From positions 360,001-392,000 of the forward strand of contig NC_002528.1 of the NCBI RefSeq assembly GCF_000009605.1: a DNA stretch of 32,000 nucleotides. Direction: 5' to 3'. This DNA comes from Buchnera aphidicola str. APS (Acyrthosiphon pisum) (GTDB lineage: Bacteria > Pseudomonadota > Gammaproteobacteria > Enterobacterales > Enterobacteriaceae). The translations under genes and the position numbers were made by a program. Below, piece by piece: positions 9,124-19,295 of this stretch. Within the stretch, counting starts at the first letter, position 1. Every line of letters begins with the position of its first letter. The notes beneath the pieces are model-generated. The model was not told where the DNA came from. It ran no database searches and saw only the letters and a list, made by a program, of their open reading frames with translations.

Positions 9124-9531
9124 TTAAATTTCTAAATTTCCATCTAAGTTATAGGTGACAGATTTTTTATATGATGAAGACAATTCTAAAAAACGCTGAT
9201 TTAAATAAAATTTCTTATTCATAATAATTTTATTCTTAAGGTTGAGTTTTCTTAATATAAGACACGTATTAATAATTTTTTTCCAGTAATTATTTAATTT
9301 ATTATTACTTTCATAAGGTGGAAATATATTATATTCTTTTTCTAAACATAATCTATCTTGACTTAAAATTATCAATTTCTTAAACAATATTTTTTTTCTC
9401 TTGATTAATTCTAAAATTTCTTCATTAGAAGTCTTAGACTTTAATAAATTATGACATTCTTGTTTTAATATTCGTTCTAAAGAATATAAAATATTTTCTA
9501 TTTTTTTTATTGTATCTATTAAATTATTCAT
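9124..9531 (-). CDS. flgN: Flagellar export chaperone FlgN (for FlgK/FlgL)
   Basis: Small helical protein in the flgN position next to flgA. Its size (136 aa from the ATG at 9531) is close to E. coli FlgN (140 aa). The ORF track extends to 9570, and the start is uncertain (ATGs at 9570, 9552 and 9531). Sequence similarity is weak, so the call rests mainly on synteny and size. Confidence 0.6.
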   Translation of the reverse strand: MNNLIDTIKKIENILYSLERILKQECHNLLKSKTSNEEILELIKRKKILFKKLIILSQDRLCLEKEYNIFPPYESNNKLNNYWKKIINTCLILRKLNLKNKIIMNKKFYLNQRFLELSSSYKKSVTYNLDGNLEI

Positions 9532-9603
9532 ATTTATATAAAAAAAATACATACTAATATATTTACACAAAGATAATATTACATCAACAAAAAAATGATA
9601 ATT

Positions 9604-10293
9604 TTACGGAGAAACTATTACCTCACCATTTTCATTAATAATCCCGTTGATAATTTTACCACTGTTTGTTTTAACACGTATATTTTGATTTTGAGCACCA
9701 TTACTTAATGATTTCGCTTTAGAAGACATTTTAAAATTATTACCATTAATAATAACAGTAACCTGTTGATTGACTTTAACTAACCAAAATGGACGTGTCA
9801 TAAAAGATGTTATTGGTTGCAATGGAAAAAACTCACGTAAACTTATTCTATTGACCACATCTTTCTTTTTACGATAAGTATTGTTCGGCAGTACATCTAA
9901 ACGTCCTATTAAAATTTTTAAGTCTGATTCTTTTATTCTTGTTCCTCGGGGAATTTTTCTATTCGCTACAATATATTCTCCTTCAGATTGAACTTCTACT
10001 GTTAGATAGTAATGTTGTTTGCTACAAGTTAAAAGAATATTAATTAAACCTAGATTGTGAGTATTACTTAAAATAGAAAAATCAGGTTTTCTACAATATA
10101 TATTTTTTTTTAATGGAGTATGTATTATGATCTTGATACTATCTTCATTTAAAGGATATTCCTTTTTTAAAAAAATGTTTAATTGTTTGTTTAAATCAAA
10201 AAAATTAAATTTTTGAACAGTTGCACTGACCGAATTGATTGTAAAAGATAGTAATAATAAAAAAAAATAAATCGTTATTTTCATAACTATCAT
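9604..10293 (-). CDS. flgA: Flagellar basal-body P-ring formation chaperone FlgA
   Basis: 229 aa with an N-terminal signal peptide (ITIYFFLLLLSFTINSVSA). It is divergent from flgB, as in enterobacteria. The C-terminal region (VANRKIPRGTRIKESDL...VTVIINGNNFKMSSKAKSLSNGAQNQNIRVK...G) resembles FlgA. Confidence 0.8.
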   Translation of the reverse strand: MIVMKITIYFFLLLLSFTINSVSATVQKFNFFDLNKQLNIFLKKEYPLNEDSIKIIIHTPLKKNIYCRKPDFSILSNTHNLGLINILLTCSKQHYYLTVEVQSEGEYIVANRKIPRGTRIKESDLKILIGRLDVLPNNTYRKKKDVVNRISLREFFPLQPITSFMTRPFWLVKVNQQVTVIINGNNFKMSSKAKSLSNGAQNQNIRVKTNSGKIINGIINENGEVIVSP

Positions 10294-10382
10294 TCTTTTC
10301 CTTAATTTATGTTAATTTTATGTTTATATTAATTTTATGTTAATTAAATATTTTATAAATATATTTTTTTAAGAACATTTTC

Positions 10383-10412
10383 TTGATAGAAAATATGTAA
10401 TAAAGGTATAAT
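10383..10412 (+). promoter_or_regulatory. Candidate sigma-70 promoter upstream of flgB (TTGATA-18 nt-TATAAT)
   Basis: TTGATA at 10383..10388, an 18-nt spacer and TATAAT at 10407..10412, about 155 nt upstream of the flgB ATG. Such matches arise easily by chance in sequence this AT-rich. Confidence 0.2.
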
Positions 10413-10567
10413 GAAAATACAATTTTGATTTTTTATATTTTATCTCGAATGTTTATTGAAATTTTTTATCAAAAAATAGATATTCTAAAAAATAAAATAT
10501 CACCTTTATTTGTATTTAATATGATTTTCAAATAATTTTTTTTGAAATGTAATTGCAGGATAACAAT

Positions 10568-10968
10568 ATGTTTAATAAAATAAATCAAATTTTTAATTTT
10601 CATCAACAAGCATTAAATCTTTGTTCTCAAGACAAGAAATATTATCTGCTAATATTGCTAATGCCGACACCCCTGGATATAAATCAATAGATTTTAATTT
10701 TAAAAATGAACTTAATAAAACTCTATATAAAAATAAAAAAACTATTTTTTTAAAAAAAACTTCTCCTAATCATTTAAATGAAAAACATAAAAATTTATTT
10801 TTATTAAAAACTATACCTGTACTCACTAATCAAATAAAACAAGACGGAAACACCGTAAATATGGATAGAGAAAGAATTGAATTTCTAAATAACAGTATAA
10901 AATACCAATCAAGTTTAGTATTTATAAAAAATGAAATTAAAAATATGATGTACGTTTTAAAAGGATAA
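10568..10968 (+). pseudogene. flgB: Flagellar proximal rod protein FlgB with a 1-nt frameshift near codon 21
   Basis: ATG 10568 opens MFNKINQIFNFHQQALNLCSQ, which aligns with E. coli MLDRLDAALRFQQEALNLRAQ, and then runs into a stop at 10691..10693. The rest of FlgB (RQEILSANIANADTPGY...NTVNMDRERIEF...) is in the frame of ORF 10621..10968. Confidence 0.8.
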
Positions 10969-10976
10969 TATAAATT

Positions 10977-11387
10977 ATGTCTTTATTAAATATCTTTAAT
11001 ATTGCAGGTTCAGCTATGATTGCACAATCGCAAAAATTAAATGTAATTGCTAGTAATTTAGCTAACATGGATAGTACAATATATAAAAATGGAAAATTTT
11101 ATCCCTATATCGCGAAACAAGTCGTATTTTCATTAGACACTGCAAAAAATTCAAAAATAGGAGGCGTAAAAATATCTGCTATAATAGATGATCCTAGTCC
11201 AATGAAGCTAATATATGATCCAAATAATCCTATGGCCAATAATAAAGGTTACATTTTGGCTTCAAACGTCAATCCTATTACAGAAATGGTAAATAATATC
11301 GCAGCAGCAAGAAGCTACCAGGCTAATATAGAAGTATTAAAAACAGCGAAAAGTATGATAATGAAAACATTAACAATTAGTGAGTAA
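10977..11387 (+). CDS. flgC: Flagellar proximal rod protein FlgC
   Basis: 136 aa. The motifs IAGSAMIAQSQKLNVIASNLANMDST and ARSYQANIEVLKTAKSMIMKTL are typical of FlgC. Confidence 0.93.
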   Translation: MSLLNIFNIAGSAMIAQSQKLNVIASNLANMDSTIYKNGKFYPYIAKQVVFSLDTAKNSKIGGVKISAIIDDPSPMKLIYDPNNPMANNKGYILASNVNPITEMVNNIAAARSYQANIEVLKTAKSMIMKTLTISE

Positions 11388-11398
11388 AAGGAGACAAA

Positions 11399-12109
11399 AT
11401 GAGTACTATTAATATTAATTCGTCCGATATCAATTTACCCAATATTCAACCACCTATTATAAATAATGAAGCTGTCAAAAAAAATGATAATAATTTACCA
11501 AATGACATCAACCCACCAGATTTACAAAAAAATTTTTTAAGTCTATTAATTGCACAAATTAAAAATCAAGATCCTACTGATCCTATTAAAAACTCTGATT
11601 TGACATCACAATTAGCTCAAATTAATACAGCAAGTGGAATGCAAAAACTAAACAATACCGTGGATCAATTCTCAAATCAAATCAGCAAAAATCAAAATAT
11701 CCAATTATCTACATTAATTGGACGTCATGTGATGGTGCCTAATAAAAAAATAATACATACTAAAGATACGAAAACACAATTTGGTATCGAATTATTTGAA
11801 AAAGCTACTTCAGTTGAAATAAAAATTACAGATGACAACAACAAAACTTTATATCTGAAACAATTGAAAGAAACAGAAGCTGGTAGACATAATTTCTTTT
11901 GGGATGGTCAAGATTTAAATAAAAACAGTGTAATGAGTGGACAATATAACATCTCAGTTATAGCTAAAAAGAACAATCAAAATATTCCGGTTAATAGTTT
12001 AAGTGTAGGAGTAGTCAATAGTATTATTATGTCTTCTGGTAATGCTATTATCGATTTAGGAGAATCTGGACAAATCACACCTTTAAGTATTCGTGAAATT
12101 CTAAAATAA
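11399..12109 (+). CDS. flgD: Flagellar hook assembly (hook cap/scaffold) protein FlgD
   Basis: 236 aa. [30 protein letters not shown] is the conserved FlgD N-terminal motif. A strong SD (aaaggag) lies upstream. Confidence 0.92.
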
Positions 12110-12149
12110 AAAATATATTTTATTTAGCACAAATCAAAGGAACAAATTT

Positions 12150-13376
12150 ATGTCAAATATGATAGCTATAAGTGGCTTACTAGCAAATAATGATTACATG
12201 GAAATTATATCCAATAATATTGCTAACGCATCAACTATAGGATATAAATCTCGTAAACCTCTTTTTTTTGATATGTTTTCTCATTCATTTTATTCAAATA
12301 CTACTAATGGATACGGAGTGGGTATTTCAAGTATTATACAAAACTTTAATAATGGCATGTTAGTTGAAACTGGACGAGATTTGGATTTAGGAATTATAAA
12401 AGACGGCTTTTTCCGTCTTGTAGACAGTCAAGGTCATGTCTATTATACAAGAGATGGGCAATTCTTCCTCGATAAAGATCAAAATATTATCAATATTCAA
12501 GGTATGTATCTAACTGGACTTAATACATCTTGTTCAAAAAGTGATTTTAATAATAGATCCAACTTAGAACCTATTAATTTAAAAAATTCTAATATTTTAA
12601 AAAACAAACCTACTTCTGAAATCATGTTAAAAGCGTTTTTGAATCGTAATACTGAATCAAAAAGCAGTGTGGATAATTCTGACAACAAACTATCTAAACC
12701 AGAAGATTACATGACTTATATTAGCATATATAATAAAGAAGGGAAAAAAGAAGATATTACTGTTTCTTTTAATAAAAAGGAAACAAATAAATGGACAGTA
12801 AATGTGGAATCAAATGATTCTGATGATAAAGAGACTATAAAAAATAGTTTCGATTTAACGTTTAATGATGATGGCGAATTAACTTCTGATAATGTTTTTA
12901 ATATTACATCTAAAGATTCTAAAAAGTATGAAAATATCACTTTAAATTTAACAGGTACTATAGAACAATCAAATTCTGATGTTTCTTGGGAAGAACATTC
13001 TCAAAACGGATACCCTCAAGGTAATTTAAAAACATTTGATATTGTTACTAATGGTGAAATTATTGGAACATATTGCAATCAAAAACAACAAACAATAGGT
13101 CAAATATTATTATCAAAATTTATCAATCCAGAAAAATTACAACCTGAAAGTGGTAATTTATGGTCTGCTACTGCAGAATCAGGTGAAGCAAAAACAGCAA
13201 TGAAAGCGGGTATTCAAGAATCAGGAGTGTTAAGCAATAAAACGCTAGAAGTATCAAATGTTGATTTGAATAAAGAATTAATCAATATGATTATAGCACA
13301 ACGTAATTATCAATCTAACGCTCAATCTTTTAAAACAGAAGATAAAATAATTAATACATTAATAAATTTACAGTAG
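12150..13376 (+). CDS. flgE: Flagellar hook protein FlgE
   Basis: 408 aa. The N-terminus has [12 protein letters not shown] and the C-terminus has [31 protein letters not shown]. The length is close to E. coli FlgE (402 aa) and the central domain is divergent. Confidence 0.92.
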
Positions 13377-13402
13377 TCTATCAAATAGGATCCAACAATA
13401 TA

Positions 13403-14161
13403 ATGGAGAATTCAATATATAAATCTATGATTGCAGCAAATCAATTATTAGAGAAACAAAGTATTATTTCTAATAATTTAGCTAATATTTCAACCACTGG
13501 TTTTAAAGAAAAATTTATTTTTGCAATACAAAATCATAATGTAAAAAATTTATATAATAGTGATAAAAAAATTACAAAAGAATATTATAATCTTTCTCCA
13601 GGAATATTACGCTATACAGGAAGAAATTTAGATTTATTTATTAAAGATGATGGTTGGTTAACAGTTAAAGACACAAACGGTCAAGAAGCATATACAAAAA
13701 ATGGCCACTTAAAAATAAACTCAAAAAGAAAACTGACAATTCAAGACAATGAAGTAATAGGAAATAATTGCAATATAATTATACCAAAAAATATCATTTT
13801 AAAAATTTTATCTAATGGAGTAATTACTTCAGTAAAAAACAAGCACAAACATATTGTTGAAACTAAAATAGGATCATTAAAATTAGTACAGCTCCCTTCA
13901 CAAGATCTAATTCAAAACGAAAATGGATTATTTTATCTGAAAAAAAATAATGAAATTAACAAAAAACATACTAATACTATCAAACATAGCAAAAAAATAC
14001 GCGTACAATCAGGAATGTTAGAAGAAAGTAATGTAAATGCTTCTAAAAATATGATAGAAATGATATCAAATGCTAGACAGTTTGAAATGCAAATGAAAAT
14101 GATATCTATGTGCGATCAAAACGCAGAATACGCAAATCAACTCATTAACATTAACAATTGA
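13403..14161 (+). CDS. flgF: Flagellar proximal rod protein FlgF
   Basis: 252 aa. The motifs are [12 protein letters not shown] at the N-terminus and [29 protein letters not shown] at the C-terminus. It lies between flgE and flgG. Confidence 0.9.
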
Positions 14162-14178
14162 TAAAACAGGATAAAAAT

Positions 14179-14961
14179 ATGATTCCTTCTTTATGGATTT
14201 CTAAAACTGGTCTTGATGCTCAACAAATTAATATGAATATTATTTCTAATAATTTAGCAAATGTTAGTACTAATGGATTTAAACGATCTAGAGCGGTTTT
14301 TGAAGATTTAATGTATCAAACGATACGAGAAGCAGGAACAAATTCCTCACTTGAAACAACTTTACCGTCAGGATTGCAATTAGGTACTGGAGTAAGACCG
14401 GTATCTACCGAAAGAATTCATACTCAGGGTAATCTTTCAAAAACAGATGCTTCAAAAGATGTTGCTATTAATGGATCAGGATTTTTTCAAGTACAATTGC
14501 CAGATGGAAATATAGCATATACAAGAGATGGCTCTTTTCAATTAGATCAAAATGGTCAATTAGTGACTAATAGTGGTTTTCCTATTATACCTGAAATTAA
14601 TATTCCTTCTAATTCTACAAATATTAATATAGCAAGAGATGGTGTTATTAGTGTTGTCGTTCAAGGACAAACACAACCTGTTTTACTCGGCCAGTTAAAT
14701 TTAATTAATTTTGTTAACAATTCTGGATTAGAAAGTTTAGGTGAGAATTTATATCAAGAAACTCAAGCATCTGGCTCTCCAATTGAAACTACTCCGGGTT
14801 TAAATGGAACAGGAGTGCTTTATCAAGGATATGTTGAAACTTCAAATGTCAATGTAGCTGAAGAATTAGTGAATATGATTCAAACTCAAAGAGCATATGA
14901 AATAAATAGTAAATCTATTAGCACATCAGACCAAATGTTACAAAAACTATCGCAATTATAA
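14179..14961 (+). CDS. flgG: Flagellar distal rod protein FlgG
   Basis: 260 aa from ATG 14179. [36 protein letters not shown] aligns residue for residue with E. coli FlgG ([16 protein letters not shown]...), and the C-terminus ends ...QMLQKLSQL. The ORF-track start at 14158 adds 7 non-homologous residues. Confidence 0.96.
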   Translation: MIPSLWISKTGLDAQQINMNIISNNLANVSTNGFKRSRAVFEDLMYQTIREAGTNSSLETTLPSGLQLGTGVRPVSTERIHTQGNLSKTDASKDVAINGSGFFQVQLPDGNIAYTRDGSFQLDQNGQLVTNSGFPIIPEINIPSNSTNINIARDGVISVVVQGQTQPVLLGQLNLINFVNNSGLESLGENLYQETQASGSPIETTPGLNGTGVLYQGYVETSNVNVAEELVNMIQTQRAYEINSKSISTSDQMLQKLSQL

Positions 14962-15017
14962 TAATTTATTTTTAAATATACTTATAAAAATATGTTTGGA
15001 ATAATCTTGTACATTAA

Positions 15018-15761
15018 ATGTATATCATTAAAGGTAAGTTTTTCGTGATAAAGTTATTTATTTGTCAAAAAAAATACTATTTAACTGCTATTTTTTTATT
15101 AACAATTCAGAGTTGCGCCAGCGTTGAATATAAACCTTTAGTAACAGGCGCTACAACTGCTATAGCACCTAATATATGGCCTAAAGTCGTTAATGGTTCT
15201 TTGTTTCAGGAAAAAATACCCATCAATTATGGTTATCAACCATTATTTGAAGATCATCGTCCACATAATATTGGTGATACGATCACTGTTGTATTACAAG
15301 AAAATATCAGTGCAAGTAATAGTTCTATTTCAAATATGAGTAGAGATGGAAGCGCTAACTTCGGCTTAAAAATCGCACCTGGACAATTAAATAATATATT
15401 AGGTGTTAATTTTCAAGACAATACAACTAGTTTAGATAGTTTTGGAAGAAATAATTTTTCTGGAAAGGGTAGTAATTCAGCTAACAATAAATTTACTGGT
15501 CTTATCACTGTTACTGTAAAAAGAGTACTTCCAAATGGAAATTTAAAAGTTATCGGAGAAAAACAAGTTTCTATTAACAAGGGTACAGAATTTATTCGTT
15601 TTTCTGGTGTAATAAACCCTACTAATATTAACAAAAATAATTTTATTTCATCCACTCAAATAGCTGATGCACGTATTGAATATTTAAGTCATGGTGGTCT
15701 TGACGATGTTCAAAAAATGGGTTGGTTGCAAAAATTATTATTAAAAATTTCTCCTATATAG
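15018..15761 (+). CDS. flgH: Flagellar L-ring lipoprotein FlgH
   Basis: The core [32 protein letters not shown]...[13 protein letters not shown]...IADARIEY matches E. coli FlgH. A candidate lipobox is ...TIQSC. The start is uncertain: ATG 15018 or the in-frame GTG at 15045, which has aagg upstream. Confidence 0.9.
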
Positions 15762-15980
15762 ACATTTTTTTAAAAATGAAATCGTTTTAAAAAACTATTT
15801 AAAATAGTATTTCTTATAAATTTAATTCAAACTCATAAAGAACGTTATTTATTCTTTATGAGAAAAATTAAATATATTAAAAAAGAATAAAATTTTTTAT
15901 AATCACAATATTTATAGGAAATAAAATGTTTTATATGTACTATGACACTTTTAAAAAGACAGATTAATAAAGGTTTTTTT

Positions 15981-17099
15981 ATGTCCAAAAAAATATTATT
16001 TTTGATAAAAGTAATTGTTTTTATTTTCACAACCTTTTCGTTACCTTTGTATGCTGAAAAAATACGTGATTTAACTAGTATTCAAGGGATTAGAGATAAT
16101 CCACTTATCGGTTATGGTTTAATTGTTGGATTGGATGGCACAGGCGACCAATCAACGCAAGCTCCATTTACTAATCAATCATTAAAGAATATGTTATCAC
16201 AATTAGGTGTAAGTATTCCTTCAAACACTAATATGAACACAAAAAATGTAGCAGCAGTAATTGTAACGGCAAATCTTCCGCCATTCAGTCATGCAGGAGA
16301 AAAAATAGATGTAGTAGTATCATCTATGGGAAATGCTAGAAGTCTTAAAGGAGGTACACTTTTAATGACTCCTCTAAAAGGCGCTAATAATCAAATTTAT
16401 GCTATTGCTCAAGGTAATATATTAGTATCTGAAAAAAATAACAAAAAAAGTAAAATTCATAATTTTTATTCAAATCAAGTAAATTCTGGGAAAATTCATC
16501 ACGGTGCAACAATTGAACGAGAAATAGATAATAATTTTGGAAAACAAAAAACAATCAACTTACAGTTAAATCAAGAAAACTTTAGTACAGCGCAGCGTAT
16601 TAGCGATATGATTAATACAAAATATCCAGATACAGCTACTCCTATTAATTCTAAAACAGTACAATTAAATACTTCAGCTAATAATGATGTACAAGTACAC
16701 ATGCTTTCCAATATTCAAGATATAGATATTTCACTTCCATCACAAGAAGCTAAAGTTGTAGTTAATTCTCGTACTGGTTCTATTGTTATTAATCAATCAG
16801 TCAGATTAGGTTCATGTGTAGTTTCAAATGGAAACATGTCTATAATAGTACATCAAATAAAAAATAAAAAAAGAGATTTATATTTTTTGAAATCATTTAA
16901 TAAAAATATAAAAAAAGATCAATCTATAGAAGATATGGCTGATAAGAATTATATGAATGATATTGCTACTAATAAAGAAAATTTGCATAATATAGTTAGA
17001 GCTTTAAATAAATTAGGTACTAAACCTGATGAATTAATGTCTATTTTACAATTAATGAAAAGTGCTGGTTGTCTTAACGCAAAACTGGAAATTGTTTAA
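15981..17099 (+). CDS. flgI: Flagellar P-ring protein FlgI
   Basis: From ATG 15981 there is a signal peptide ([25 protein letters not shown]). [32 protein letters not shown] follows and matches E. coli [32 protein letters not shown]. The C-terminus is ...[17 protein letters not shown]. Confidence 0.95.
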   Translation: [372 protein letters not shown]

Positions 17100-17398
17100 T
17101 GAATGATAATTTATTGTTATCTAATATATCAGATTATAACGTACAATTTATTAATGAACTTAAATACCAAGTTCGTATTAATCCAAAAAAACATGCATTG
17201 CAAACTGCAAAAGAAGTAGAAGGAGTATTTATTCAAGTATTACTTAAAAGTATGAGAAGTTCTTTGTTGAAAGATAACTTATTAGATAATAATCAAAGTC
17301 GTCTCTATACTGATATTTATGACCAACAATTATCTCAAGAAATAAGTAAAAAAGGAATAGGATTAACTGATATTATTTTAAAACAAATTGAAAAATAA
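17099..17398 (+). CDS. flgJ: FlgJ reduced to the N-terminal rod-binding (rod cap) domain; the muramidase domain is absent
   Basis: 99 aa. AKEVEGVFIQVLLKSMRSSL...SRLYTDIYDQQLSQEISKKGIGLTDIILKQI aligns with E. coli FlgJ residues about 35-100. Its ATG overlaps the flgI TAA by 1 nt (TAATG). Confidence 0.88.
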   Translation: MNDNLLLSNISDYNVQFINELKYQVRINPKKHALQTAKEVEGVFIQVLLKSMRSSLLKDNLLDNNQSRLYTDIYDQQLSQEISKKGIGLTDIILKQIEK

Positions 17399-17499
17399 AA
17401 CATATTATAATACAAGTAATTCTAACGTATTATTAAATATATTATTTTACAAGAAAATATATTTTAAAATAAAAAAATCTTATTAAAAAAGGATAAAAA

Positions 17500-19131
17500 A
17501 TGAGTGATATATTAAATTCCGCTATTTCTGGTATGAATGCAATGAAGATTATGATTGATAATACCATAGATAAAATTAATCATCCTAATAATAAAACATT
17601 AGGAAAACGTGTTGTTATAGAAAATACTGTACAAAATGAAAATAAAAACAGTACAGTAAAAGTAAAAGAAATATATGATAATTATAATGATTTTATTTTA
17701 GAAGAAAAAAGAAAAACTAACGCAGAAGTTCAAGATGAACAAACTAAAATCGAACAGCTATTAAAACTAGAAGATTTATTATGTGAAAAATCTAATATTT
17801 TCAGTCAACTACTTAATGACTACTATGCACAAATAGAAGAAGATATTGTTTTAGCTAAAAAAAATGTTTTTAATGAAAACATACAGAAGAAATTAAGCAA
17901 CATAGTTTTTGCCATAAAAGATTTTGATAAGAAATTAAAATTTTTAGAAAAAGACATAAAAGATTCAGTTATCAATAATTTAAAAAAAGTTAATTCTTTA
18001 ATTGATGAAATTCATGATTTAACTATAGATATTAGATGTTTTCCTGTTTTAAAATTTCCTAATAGAGTTGATGGTCTTATCGAACAACGAGATCGTCTGG
18101 TAGACGAATTAAATGGTTTAATTGGAATTAAAGTTATTAAAGATCATGATAATTATAAACTTAATCTAAATAATGGTATATCTATTATAGACAATAATAA
18201 AAAACAAAATTTAATTGCATTAACATCTACATCAGATGAAAGATATATAAGTGTAGGATATGTTGATACTAACGACAAAGTAGCAAAAAAAATAGAAGAT
18301 ATGATTCCGACTGCCACCTTAGGAGCTCTTCTTAAATTTCGTAGAGAAGAGCTAACAAATACAAGAAATAAAATCGGACAGTTAATAATTAATTTTGCTG
18401 ATAGTATTAACTCCTATCATGCAATAGGATATGATATGTTCGGACACCTAGGTAGACAAATTTTTAACATTAGTCAACCAGAAGTAATAGCTAGTTCAAG
18501 TAATCGTTCATCTTCTAAAGTATCTGCAAAATGGCTTGTTATTAGCGATGCTAAAAATACGAATTATGTTATATATTTTAAAGATAAAAATTTTATAGTA
18601 ACAAGATTATCAGATCATAGTACGATTCAACCTAAAGTACATGTAGAAAATAATAAAACGTTATTTACCTTTGATGGAATTGAATGTTCTATAGAAGGTG
18701 AAAATGCTGATAATGATATTTATATGATCAAACCCTATTCTAAAACTTTAGAAGAATTAGAATTATTAATTAAGCCAAATGAACCGTTTGCATATTCTTC
18801 CACAGATGATCTCAATAATCCAAATAGAAATAATGCTATAATAATAAACAAATTTTATAATAATGTTCTTGTTGATCATAAAGAAACACTTGATCAAGCT
18901 TATCAGAAATTTTCTCAGTCCATATCTCATAAATGTAATGCATTAGAAGAAGAAGTACCCTTTAAAAGAAATATGATTGGAATACTTGAAAATAAAAAGA
19001 TGTCTATATCTAATGACATGGAACAAGAATATGCAGAATTAAACTATGAACAAGAGTGCTATCTTGCAAACGTTAAAGTACTTCAAACGGCAGAAAATAT
19101 TTTAAATGAAATAATAGAACGTTATAGCTAA
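17500..19131 (+). CDS. flgK: Flagellar hook-filament junction protein 1, FlgK (divergent)
   Basis: 543 aa versus 547 aa in E. coli. The N-terminus is [16 protein letters not shown]. Internal segments [16 protein letters not shown] and [22 protein letters not shown] match, and the C-terminus [32 protein letters not shown] matches EEYGNLQRFQQYYLANAQVLQTANAIFDALI. Confidence 0.88.
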
Positions 19132-19159
19132 AAGACTTTTTAACATACTTATAAAAAAT

Positions 19160-19193
19160 AAAAACTTACTTTTAAAGTAAGTTTTTATTTTTT
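19160..19193. terminator. Rho-independent terminator between convergent flgK and rne
   Basis: aaaaacttac (19160..19169) pairs perfectly with gtaagttttt (19177..19186). The stem is extendable through the central tttt/aaa and is followed by aTTTTTTg. An A-rich run upstream gives a T-tail on the other strand too. Confidence 0.7.
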
Positions 19194-19295
19194 GTCTAAG
19201 TAATTTATTTTATCAATAAAAATTATTTTTATTAAACGGATTTAATGGTTTAATTCTTTTATTAAAAAATATGTTTAATATGTAAAAGAAATATT

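Noticed and set aside
12497-12940. Two ORFs (63 and 74 aa) antisense to flgE
   Set aside because: They are shadow ORFs inside flgE with no independent support.
14158-14178. N-terminal extensions offered by the ORF track (flgG 14158, flgI 15942, fabD 23878, tmk 25962, ompA 6117)
   Set aside because: In each case homology to the E. coli protein begins at a downstream ATG, which is usually preceded by a better SD. The extensions use TTG or upstream ATG codons and add non-homologous residues.
15413-16030. An 80-aa ORF antisense to flgH and a 61-aa minus-strand ORF across the flgH-flgI spacer
   Set aside because: The first is a shadow of flgH. The second is low-complexity AT-rich sequence overlapping the flgI start, with no SD or recognisable product.
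17399-17499. Search for a sigma-28 (class 3) promoter upstream of flgK, and for FlhDC-type sites in 10294..10567
   Set aside because: No GCCGATAA-like -10 element is visible. Only generic AT-rich sigma-70-like hexamers are present, and these are not discriminating at this composition.
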